Under the pieces are notes generated by a model. That model was not told where the DNA came from and searched no databases. It worked only from the letters and a program-made list of their open reading frames with translations. The position numbers and the translations under genes were made by a program. DNA of 30,484 nt, taken from positions 1 to 30,484 of IMG/VR virus record IMGVR_UViG_3300036773_000144. One strand, given 5' to 3'. The stretch is from a virus (lineage: Duplodnaviria > Caudoviricetes). Of this stretch, positions 23,466 to 30,484 are shown one piece after another; the stretch's first letter is position 1; each line of letters opens with the position of its first letter.

Positions 23466-24001
23466 GCGATATGACCCCGGGCGAGCGCCGCCAACTCGGC
23501 GCCGTCGTCCGCCAGCGGATGAAGGTCCTCCGCGCCGACGTCGCACAGCGGCGCATGGAGCTGATCGCGGCGGCGGAGGCCCGACTGGTCGAGCGCTACC
23601 GCGAGCAGGACAAGCAGATCGATGATCTCAACTTCCGCATCGCGGAGATCGCCGAGCAGGCGAGCCGAGAAATCACCGACCTCATCCTTGCCGCGCGAGG
23701 TGACTCGGATGGCGTGTCAATCCGCAGGCCGATCCGTCTGGCAGCACCTCGGCTGAACACCTACACCGAGGACCGGACGCAGCTTCACCGCGCAATGGTC
23801 GCCGGGGTCGAGGAGCAGGTTCGATCCGCGCTATTGGACCTGGACCGCAAGGAGGCGGACTTGCTTCAGTCGCTGGCGCTGCGCTCATTGGAGACCGAAG
23901 CGGCCCGCGAGTTCCTGGCATCGATCCCGTCGGTGGCCGAGCTGGTGCCGTCGGCGCGGCTGCGCGAGATCGAGGCCGCATTCGACGGTGATGCGCTGTG
24001 A
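23462..24001 (+). CDS. Hypothetical coiled-coil protein (179 aa)
   Basis: GTGA overlaps on both sides. Helical, charged sequence. Confidence 0.75.
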   Translation: MSDMTPGERRQLGAVVRQRMKVLRADVAQRRMELIAAAEARLVERYREQDKQIDDLNFRIAEIAEQASREITDLILAARGDSDGVSIRRPIRLAAPRLNTYTEDRTQLHRAMVAGVEEQVRSALLDLDRKEADLLQSLALRSLETEAAREFLASIPSVAELVPSARLREIEAAFDGDAL

Positions 24002-24249
24002 ACGCCGCCGACATGCTCGCCGTCACCGTCGACCAGCTCCGGGCCATGACCCCGGCCGGGCTCGACGCCCGCGAGAACGAACTCGCCGCCCTGCCCGCGT
24101 CGCTGCTGAACACCGAGATCCGGCTCGAGATCGAACTGGAACGGGCCGGACGCCACTGGCACCGAGTGCACGACCTGGCCGGGCTGATCGGCTGGGAAGC
24201 GGCCGTGGCGCCCGGCGCCGTGCCCCGCACGCGGGTCGGTGCGGCATGA
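23998..24249 (+). CDS. Hypothetical protein (83 aa)
   Basis: 4-bp overlaps on both sides. Confidence 0.7.
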   Translation: MNAADMLAVTVDQLRAMTPAGLDARENELAALPASLLNTEIRLEIELERAGRHWHRVHDLAGLIGWEAAVAPGAVPRTRVGAA

Positions 24250-24578
24250 GCGACATCGACGAGCTGGACGCGCGGGTGCGGCAACTGTTGATCGACCTCG
24301 GCGATACGCCGGACGCGGTCGCCGACCGGCTCCGGGCGCTGGAGATCAAGGGTCAGTGCGGCCAGCCGCGCCGTTGCCCGATCGCGAACTACGTCCGCAG
24401 TCGCATGCCGGAGGAGGTCGGCGCGGTGTCCGCGATTCCAAGCCGGGTGAGGGTTCTTCGCGGTGAAGCTCCCATCAGTAGGTGGGGCGGAACCGTGACT
24501 ACCGAGGCGGTCTACGTCTTCATCAGGCGGTTCGACCGTGGCGTCTACCTCGACCTGATCGAGGTGAGTGCGCCGTGA
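24246..24578 (+). CDS. Hypothetical protein (110 aa; LGDTPDAVA...CPIANY...FDRGVY)
   Basis: ATGA overlap start at 24246 and GTGA overlap with the next gene. Confidence 0.72.
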   Translation: MSDIDELDARVRQLLIDLGDTPDAVADRLRALEIKGQCGQPRRCPIANYVRSRMPEEVGAVSAIPSRVRVLRGEAPISRWGGTVTTEAVYVFIRRFDRGVYLDLIEVSAP

Positions 24579-25519
24579 CCCAGGAGACCCTTCCGCCGCC
24601 GGCCACGGTCAACGGGCCCGGCGTGTACCTCCTGCCCGCTGAGGAGTACCACGCCGACCCGGTGCCCGGCGGCTCGCTGTCCTCGACGGGCGTACGCAAG
24701 CTGCTCGCCCCGTCCTGCCCGGCGCTGTTCCGGCACTGGCTCGACAACCCGACGCCGACCTCCGAGACGTTCGACATCGGAAGCGCGGCCCACCAGCTGG
24801 TGCTCGGAGCCGGCCCGAAGCTGGTGCTGATCGAGGCCGAGGAGTGGCGGACCAACGCCGTCAAGGCCGAAGTCGCCGCCGTTCGGGAGGCCGGGGCGAT
24901 CCCGCTGCGACCGTCGACCTGGGACGCCGTGCACGGCATGGCCGCCGCGCTCGCCGAGCACCCGTTCGCAGGGAAGCTCTTCCAGCCCGGCACCGGCAGG
25001 CCGGAGCGAACGCTCATCTGGCAGGAGACCGCGACGCTCGTCAACCCGGAGCCGCTGGCCGAAGGTGAGATGCACGCCGTCCCGGTCCGGTGCCGGGCGC
25101 TGGTCGACTGGCTTCCCGAGTCGGTATGGGGCGGCCTGCCTGGACCCGGCCGGCGCGTCATCCTGCCCGACTACAAGAGCACCGCGAGCGCGGCACCGGC
25201 CGACGTCGAGAAGGCGATCGCCCGGTACGGCTACCACATCCAGCTCGCCTGGTATCTGCGCGGCCTGCGCGCCCTAGGCCTGGCCGACGAGCGGGCCGAG
25301 GGCGTGCTGGTGATGCAGGAGAAGACGCCGCCGTACCTCGTGACCGTCGTGCAGCCCGACGCGACGGCGATGCGGATGGCCGACATCCGGATCCGCGAGG
25401 CCCTCGACATCTACGCCGAGTGCACGGCCACCGGCCGCTGGCCGGGCTACGCCGACGACGTCGTGCCGGTCTCGCTGCCGCCGTGGGAGACCAAGGAACT
25501 GAACGGAGAGATCTGGTGA
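24575..25519 (+). CDS. RecE/exonuclease VIII-like PD-(D/E)XK nuclease (DUF3799-like, 314 aa)
   Basis: EEYHAD..LSST..KLL..CPA.F, GSAAH, PE, RALVD, DYKST, YGYHIQ.AWY, QEKTPPY, WPGY motifs. RBS GAGG, GTG at 24575. Confidence 0.9.
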   Translation: MTQETLPPPATVNGPGVYLLPAEEYHADPVPGGSLSSTGVRKLLAPSCPALFRHWLDNPTPTSETFDIGSAAHQLVLGAGPKLVLIEAEEWRTNAVKAEVAAVREAGAIPLRPSTWDAVHGMAAALAEHPFAGKLFQPGTGRPERTLIWQETATLVNPEPLAEGEMHAVPVRCRALVDWLPESVWGGLPGPGRRVILPDYKSTASAAPADVEKAIARYGYHIQLAWYLRGLRALGLADERAEGVLVMQEKTPPYLVTVVQPDATAMRMADIRIREALDIYAECTATGRWPGYADDVVPVSLPPWETKELNGEIW

Positions 25520-25668
25520 GCAAGGCCACCCCCATGTACAGCGACCGCCGCCAAGCGCAGTACGTCGCGCAGAACAACGGCGGCGTCATGACGCCACGCC
25601 AGCGGCGCCGATGGAAACACAAGCTGAACCGGGCCCTGCTCGCGCAGGCAAAGGCGGCGAAGGCATGA
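25516..25668 (+). CDS. Small basic protein (50 aa; TPRQRRRWKHK)
   Basis: RBS GGAG. GTGA and ATGA overlaps. Confidence 0.7.
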   Translation: MSKATPMYSDRRQAQYVAQNNGGVMTPRQRRRWKHKLNRALLAQAKAAKA

Positions 25669-26537
25669 CCAACGCCATTGACCGCGCCGGTCAGCCGCCC
25701 GCTTTCACCACCCAGGCCACCGCCGTCGAGCAGGCCCGCGCCGTCGCCGAAGTCGCCGCCGCCGTCCAGGTCGCCCAGCAGTGCCCCCGCGACATGAACC
25801 GCGCATGGGCCGAGATGCGTGCAGCGTGCAGCCGCCTCGCCCTCGCCGAACGCGCCTTCTACAAGGTCCCCAACCGCGGCCAAGGCCCGTCCGTCCACCT
25901 CGCCCGCGAGCTGGTCCGGATCTGGGGCAACGCCGACGCCGGAGTGACCGAGCTGTCCCGCGACGACCTGCGGGGCATGTCCGAAATCCGGGCCCACGCC
26001 TGGGATCAGCAGACCAACGTCCGCCAGACACGCACCATCCAGGTGCCGCACCAGCGGATGGTCGGCAAGGAACGCAAGCCGCTGACCGACCTCACCGACG
26101 TCTACCTGTCCAACCAGAACGTCGGCGCCCGGATGGTCCGGGAGTGCATCTTCACCGTGCTGCCCGCGGACTTCGTCGCCGAAGCGCAGGCGCTGTGCCG
26201 CGCCACGATCGAGCAGGGCGACGGCAAGCCGCTCGTCGAACGGGTCACCGAACTCGTCGCCTGGGCCAAGCGGGAACTCGGTCTCACGCCGGCCCGGATT
26301 GAGACTCGCGTGGGCCGGCCGCGCGGGCAGTGGACCGCGGCCGACGTTGCGGACCTGAAGGTCACGTTCGGCTCGATCGGCCGTCGCGAAACCACCGTCG
26401 AGGACGAGTTCCCGCCGGAGCGGGTGACGGCCGCCGAGATCACCGGCGCGACCGAGAAGTCCAACGGAACGGCCGAGAAGTCCAATTCCGACACCGACTG
26501 GCCCGAGCCCACTCCGGTCCCGGGCGGTGACGCATGA
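25665..26537 (+). CDS. Putative single-strand annealing recombinase partnering RecE (290 aa)
   Basis: QATAVEQARAVAEV...PRD...AFY..P...GPSVHLARELVRIWGN family, typically next to RecE in actinophages. Acidic C-terminal tail. Function inferred from context. Confidence 0.65.
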   Translation: MTNAIDRAGQPPAFTTQATAVEQARAVAEVAAAVQVAQQCPRDMNRAWAEMRAACSRLALAERAFYKVPNRGQGPSVHLARELVRIWGNADAGVTELSRDDLRGMSEIRAHAWDQQTNVRQTRTIQVPHQRMVGKERKPLTDLTDVYLSNQNVGARMVRECIFTVLPADFVAEAQALCRATIEQGDGKPLVERVTELVAWAKRELGLTPARIETRVGRPRGQWTAADVADLKVTFGSIGRRETTVEDEFPPERVTAAEITGATEKSNGTAEKSNSDTDWPEPTPVPGGDA

Positions 26538-26806
26538 GTACCGCGTACGCCGGCCAGGCCCGCCTGTTCAAGGCCCTCGGCGACCCGCACCGGCTGCACA
26601 TCCTCGCCCTGATCCGCGAGAACGGCGAAATGGTCTGCAAGGACCTGATCGGGCCGCTCCGGCTCAAGCAGCCCAGCGTCTCCCATCACCTCGGGGTCCT
26701 CGCCGAGGCGGGCCTGCTGACCGCCGACAAGCAGGGCGTGTGGACGCACTACCGGCTGGTGCCGGGCGCCCTGGACGACCTGCCCGCACTGCGAGGTGCC
26801 CGGTGA
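26534..26806 (+). CDS. ArsR/SmtB-family winged-HTH regulator (90 aa)
   Basis: FKALGDPHRLHIL...QPSVSHHLGVLAEAGLL...G..YRL. Confidence 0.9.
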   Translation: MSTAYAGQARLFKALGDPHRLHILALIRENGEMVCKDLIGPLRLKQPSVSHHLGVLAEAGLLTADKQGVWTHYRLVPGALDDLPALRGAR

Positions 26807-27009
26807 CCCGGCCCTCCTTCCAGCTCCTCATGGACGCGCAGGAGACCCTCGGCCGAGCCCGTGACCTGGAGGCCGAGGCCGGTAACCGAGGCGTCGCGAT
26901 GGCCCTGAACGACACCGTGGTCGGCCTCTTCGCGCTAGCGCTCGACACCACGGTCGACGACACGGCCAACGCGCTGTACGACCAGCGCTACCCCGGGACA
27001 GTCTCGTGA
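26803..27009 (+). CDS. Hypothetical protein (68 aa)
   Basis: RBS GAGG. GTGA overlaps on both sides. Confidence 0.7.
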   Translation: MTRPSFQLLMDAQETLGRARDLEAEAGNRGVAMALNDTVVGLFALALDTTVDDTANALYDQRYPGTVS

Positions 27010-27578
27010 CCGGCCTGCGCGTGATCGCGCTCGACCTCAGCCTGACGTCGACGGGGATCGCGGCGACCCACGCCTCCACCGGCGACCCGGGCCTGTACTG
27101 CGTGACACCGCCGTCGCCGCGCTCAGCCAAGTCGCCGAACGTCATCGATCACGGGCGGCTCCACACCATCTTCCAGGCCATCAAGCACGCCGTCGCGTTC
27201 AGTCCGGACCTGGTCGTCATCGAGTGGCAGCCGAAGGTCGACGGCACCGGCGATGCGAGCCTCCGTATCGCCGAGCTGCACGGCGCGATCAAGCACTGGC
27301 TGTGGGCGCACAAGCTGACCTACGTGGACGTCCGGCCGCAGGAGCTGAAGACGTACGCCACCGGTAAGGGCAACGCCCGCAAGGATCTGGTGCGGCATGA
27401 CGTGATGGCGCGGTACTCCAAGTGCGCGACCATCACCGGCCACGATCAGGCGGACGCGTTCGCCCTCTTGGCCCTCGCGCTCGACGCGTACGGCCAGCCG
27501 CTCGCCGAGGTGCCCCAGTCCCACCGGGTCGCCGTCGGCAGGGTGACGTGGCCGACCCTCACGGCGGTGGCGGCATGA
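27006..27578 (+). CDS. RuvC-like Holliday junction resolvase (190 aa)
   Basis: VIALDLSLTSTG, VVIE, LKTYATGKGNA.K, HDQADA motifs. Confidence 0.88.
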   Translation: MTGLRVIALDLSLTSTGIAATHASTGDPGLYCVTPPSPRSAKSPNVIDHGRLHTIFQAIKHAVAFSPDLVVIEWQPKVDGTGDASLRIAELHGAIKHWLWAHKLTYVDVRPQELKTYATGKGNARKDLVRHDVMARYSKCATITGHDQADAFALLALALDAYGQPLAEVPQSHRVAVGRVTWPTLTAVAA

Positions 27579-27808
27579 CGCGCCTGTTCCGCCGCCACCC
27601 CGACCGGGTTGAGCACGTCGTCGTCGAGCACACCGGGCCGTGCGCCGACCAGGCCCGCATCGTGATGGCTTTGGACGTCGTCGACGCGGTGCTGGCCGAG
27701 CAGGCCGCCCTGTACGACGACGACCGTAACGAGGAGCTGGTCAACGCGCTGCTCGAAGTCCGCTGCGTGCTCCGCCCGTACGCGCCGGTCCCGGGGAGGT
27801 CGTCATGA
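27575..27808 (+). CDS. Hypothetical protein (77 aa)
   Basis: ATGA overlaps on both sides. Confidence 0.7.
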   Translation: MTRLFRRHPDRVEHVVVEHTGPCADQARIVMALDVVDAVLAEQAALYDDDRNEELVNALLEVRCVLRPYAPVPGRSS

Positions 27809-27915
27809 GGCGCGCGCTGGGCATGCTGCTCGACCACTGCTTCGACGTGCTGCCCGCGTTGCTGCTGCTCGCGGCGGCGATGAACGCACCCGGCCCGGAA
27901 CGGTGGGTGCCATGA
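27805..27915 (+). CDS. Small hydrophobic peptide (36 aa)
   Basis: Not in the ORF track. RBS GGGGAGG. ATGA overlaps on both sides. Confidence 0.6.
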   Translation: MRRALGMLLDHCFDVLPALLLLAAAMNAPGPERWVP

Positions 27916-28442
27916 TGGCGGGCCCGTTGATGCCCGGCGGCGAGTCCACCTCGGCCCGGCTGCGACGCGTCGAGGCCGAGCGCGATCAGGCCATCGAGGA
28001 TCTCGCCGCGTCGGAGATCGCGTGCTACCGCGTCGAAGCGCAGCGCGACGATGCGCTGGCCGTACAGAAGGACGCCATCGACGCGTTCATCCGGATCAAC
28101 GATCGGTGCACCTTGCTCCAGGCCGAGCTGGCCAGCGCCCGCACCGAGATCGAGCAGCTCGGCCGGATGGCGGCAGACCTGTTCAGCGAGCGCAACGGCG
28201 CCCACCTGGAGCTGGACGCCATGCGCACCGCCCGAGACCGGCTCGACCACGAGCTGGCCGAGGCACGGCGCGAGCTGGCCGACGCGGAAGCCCAGATCTA
28301 CACAGGCCAGCGCTGCGAACGCTGCGAGCGGCGGATCCGCTGGGGCGAGATGTACGAGCCGCTGCCCGGCACGGGCGGCCTCGTCCAGCACTTCTCCACC
28401 AACTGTGCCGACTTCACCTACGAAGGAGCCACACCCGCATGA
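27912..28442 (+). CDS. Coiled-coil protein with C-terminal CxxC...H...C motif (176 aa)
   Basis: Heptad-rich body. CERCERRI...QH...C. Confidence 0.72.
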   Translation: MMAGPLMPGGESTSARLRRVEAERDQAIEDLAASEIACYRVEAQRDDALAVQKDAIDAFIRINDRCTLLQAELASARTEIEQLGRMAADLFSERNGAHLELDAMRTARDRLDHELAEARRELADAEAQIYTGQRCERCERRIRWGEMYEPLPGTGGLVQHFSTNCADFTYEGATPA

Positions 28443-28888
28443 CCGCCGTAACCCTCCGAGGAACCTTCAAAAAAGACTCAAGGCCGAACAACGGCCTCGA
28501 GTCGATCGCAGGCCAGCTGCAGGCCAGCAAGCTCAAGCAGCACTTCGTCGTCGGCGTCATCAAGTACGCGGGCGCGAGCGTGTCCGAGGACGGCGTCATC
28601 ACCCCGGCCGCCAAGTTCCTCGCCATCGAACCACTCGAAGGCGACGACGCCCGGCAGGTGGAGGAGATCCTCGACCGGGCCCGGAAGGTACGCGGGCTGG
28701 GCATCGTCGGTGACATCCCGGCCGGTGGGCAGCTGGCCGGTCAGACCGAGTTCGACTTCGACGGCCCGGACGACGAGGACGAGCGGGAGGTGCCGGAGCC
28801 GACGGCCGAGGAGATCATGGCCGAACGCGCCGAGGCGAAGGCCGCCGCCGAGGTTCCGGCCGCCGCGTTCTCCGGGAGCGCGAAGTGA
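28439..28888 (+). CDS. Hypothetical protein (149 aa, acidic C-terminus)
   Basis: RBS GAAGGAG. ATGA overlap. Confidence 0.75.
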   Translation: MTAVTLRGTFKKDSRPNNGLESIAGQLQASKLKQHFVVGVIKYAGASVSEDGVITPAAKFLAIEPLEGDDARQVEEILDRARKVRGLGIVGDIPAGGQLAGQTEFDFDGPDDEDEREVPEPTAEEIMAERAEAKAAAEVPAAAFSGSAK

Positions 28889-29457
28889 GCCGCCTCGTCT
28901 TCCTTGACACCGAGACCACGTCGCTCCGGCCCGACCGGCGAGTCTGGGACGTCGGCATCATCACGCGCGGCGAGGAATTCGACGTCGAATACCAGTGGTT
29001 CATCACGCCCGGCGACCTCGACCTCGGCAACGCCGACCCGTTCGCGCTGAAAATCGGCCACTTCTACGAGCGCCACCCCGAGATGCTCAGCCCGGCGACC
29101 ATCGCCCACACCTACGAGGAAGTCGACGCTCTCCGCCAGATCGAACGGATCACCCGTGGTGCCCACCTCGTCGGCGCAGTCCCGAACTTCGACGCTGAAG
29201 TGCTGGCAACCCGGATGCGCCACTGGGACATCGCGCCGTCGTGGCACTACCACCTGATCGACGTCGAGGCCCTGGCCGTCGGCTACCTCTCCGCCACCGG
29301 CGCGCACGAACTGCCGATCCCGCTGCCGTGGAGCTCCGACGACCTGACGCGTGAGCTCGGCCTCGACCCGGTGCCAGACGAGGACCGCCACACCGCCCTC
29401 GGTGACGCCCGCTGGGCCCGCGCCATCTACGACCGCATCACCGGCGACCCGTCGTGA
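28885..29457 (+). CDS. DnaQ-like DEDDh 3'-5' exonuclease (190 aa)
   Basis: FLDTETT, NFD and HTALGDA motifs. Confidence 0.9.
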   Translation: MSRLVFLDTETTSLRPDRRVWDVGIITRGEEFDVEYQWFITPGDLDLGNADPFALKIGHFYERHPEMLSPATIAHTYEEVDALRQIERITRGAHLVGAVPNFDAEVLATRMRHWDIAPSWHYHLIDVEALAVGYLSATGAHELPIPLPWSSDDLTRELGLDPVPDEDRHTALGDARWARAIYDRITGDPS

Positions 29458-29759
29458 CGCCGACCTGGATCAAGTCAAGCCGGTGCGCAACCGGCTCATG
29501 TGTGGAGGTGGCGTTCATGCCCGAGTGGACCAAGGCGACCGACTGTGCCGGCGGCAGCTGCGTGGAGGTGGCGTTCGGGGCGCCGTTCACGAAGTCGGCC
29601 AGCTGCACGGGCGGCACCTGCGTGGAGGCGTCCGTCGGCGCCGAGCAGGTGATCGTGCGGGACAAGGAACGCCGGACCGTCGAGTACGACGCCGACGAGT
29701 GGCAGGCGTTCATCGACGGTGTCAAGCGCGGCGAGTTCGACCTGCCGGGCGGTGCGTGA
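29454..29759 (+). CDS. DUF397 (BldB-like) protein with triplicated N-terminal motif (101 aa)
   Basis: Three (W/F)xK(S/A)xxCxxGxCVE(V/A) units, then VIVRDK...EWQAFIDGVKRGEFD. Confidence 0.9.
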   Translation: MTPTWIKSSRCATGSCVEVAFMPEWTKATDCAGGSCVEVAFGAPFTKSASCTGGTCVEASVGAEQVIVRDKERRTVEYDADEWQAFIDGVKRGEFDLPGGA

Positions 29760-29902
29760 TGGGGCTGAAGTGGCTGAAGGGTCCGCTGCGCACCCTGATC
29801 AAGGTCAACGTCGACCGGTCGATGACGGGCTTCCAGGCGCAGCAGGCCCGCAAGCAGGCCAAGCCGATCCCGCCGAAGAAGCCGAAGGACGGCAAGAAGT
29901 GA
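29759..29902 (+). CDS. Small Lys-rich protein (47 aa)
   Basis: TGATG overlap upstream and GTGA overlap downstream. Confidence 0.6.
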   Translation: MGLKWLKGPLRTLIKVNVDRSMTGFQAQQARKQAKPIPPKKPKDGKK

Positions 29903-30114
29903 CGGCGCTGCTCGGCGACGAGATCAGCCGCACCGCCCGGCAGGTGCGCAGCCTGTTCCGCAACCCGAAGGCCGTGCACCAGCTCGTCGGGGCGATCTGG
30001 GTCGCCGGGGAACGCGAGTACAAGACGGCCTGCCACAAGGAGCTGCCCACCGACGCGGCCGTCCTGACCACCGCCCGGCCCACCTGCGAGCAATGCCGGG
30101 AGGCGGGCCGGTAA
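29899..30114 (+). CDS. Small putative Zn-binding protein (71 aa; H...C...CxxC)
   Basis: GTGA overlap. VH...TAC...TCEQC. Confidence 0.68.
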   Translation: MTALLGDEISRTARQVRSLFRNPKAVHQLVGAIWVAGEREYKTACHKELPTDAAVLTTARPTCEQCREAGR

Positions 30115-30484
30115 TGGCCGACAAGAGCGCCATCGAGTGGACCGACGCCAGCTGGAACCCGGTCACTGGATGCACGAAAGTGTCGCCCGGCTGCGACCAC
30201 TGCTACGCCGAGACCTTCGCCGAGCGGTGGCGCGGTATACCCGGTCACCACTTCGAGCAGGGCTTCGACCTCACGCTCCGACCGGAGCGCCTCGACCAGC
30301 CGATGAAGTGGCGCAAGCCACGACGGATCTTCGTCAACTCGATGTCCGACCTGTTCCACGACGCCGTGCCCGACGAGTTCATCGTCGAGGTGTTCGCCCG
30401 CATGTGGTGGTCGCCGCAACACACGTTCCAGGTGCTCACCAAGCGGCACGGCCGGATGCGCTCGCTGGTGCCGCGCATCGAGGC
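30114..30484 (+). CDS. DUF5131 / phage Gp37Gp68 family protein (partial, runs off the window)
   Basis: Not in the ORF track. MADKSAIEWTDASWNPVTGCTKVSPGCDHCYA...IFVNSMSDLFH...FQVLTKR. Confidence 0.92.
   Translation, partial: MADKSAIEWTDASWNPVTGCTKVSPGCDHCYAETFAERWRGIPGHHFEQGFDLTLRPERLDQPMKWRKPRRIFVNSMSDLFHDAVPDEFIVEVFARMWWSPQHTFQVLTKRHGRMRSLVPRIE

Larger units (their letters stand above)
1..30484. mobile_element. Temperate siphovirus (actinobacteriophage or prophage), partial genome: virion, lysis, lysogeny and early modules
   Basis: Canonical phage gene order: neck, tail tube, TAC, TMP, Dit, Tal, lysin, holin, integrase, repressor/Cro, RecE, RuvC. Dense ATGA/GTGA gene overlaps. No housekeeping genes. 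Confidence 0.97.

Noticed and set aside
19623-27578. Many early proteins ending in Ala (GTA, GGAA, VGAA, AVAA, KAAKA) as systematic degrons
   Set aside because: Adequately explained by GCATGA stop/start overlaps and the G-rich RBS of the next gene.
3154-28888. Longer upstream starts in the ORF track (for example 3154, 3549, 6765, 11868, 15452, 20212, 21193, 23988, 24482, 28022)
   Set aside because: They overlap upstream genes extensively. Downstream starts with 1-4 bp overlaps or clear RBSs fit better.
29454-29640. 60-bp periodic repeats as a CRISPR array or DGR template
   Set aside because: The repeats are in-frame coding copies of the DUF397 motif. No cas or reverse transcriptase gene is present.

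Overview
The whole window is a contiguous part of a temperate, high-GC (roughly 70% by eye) siphovirus of an actinomycete. Gene families and composition suggest a Micromonosporaceae-like host (inference). Left to right it contains: (1) an unusual block of fibre/appendage-like virion genes placed before the head-tail joining genes (167-3263); (2) neck and tail genes, including the tail tube, a tail assembly chaperone with a C-CCT-TTC -1 frameshift, a tape measure with a lytic transglycosylase domain, Dit and Tal-like proteins, and an RNase AS-like exoribonuclease inserted between the two tail-tip genes; (3) a lysis cassette with an M15-like endolysin and three membrane proteins; (4) an accessory/lysogeny region with an XRE-HTH+TPR-like regulator, a degenerate resolvase-like mini-protein, a short tyrosine integrase, and a repressor/Cro pair with back-to-back leaderless promoters; (5) a tightly coupled early operon (RecE-like exonuclease, putative annealase, ArsR, RuvC-like, DEDDh exonuclease, a triple-motif DUF397 protein, DUF5131). 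No host genes, tRNA, rRNA or CRISPR array were seen. Family assignments come from motif recognition, not database searches. Many start sites were re-called from overlaps and RBSs.
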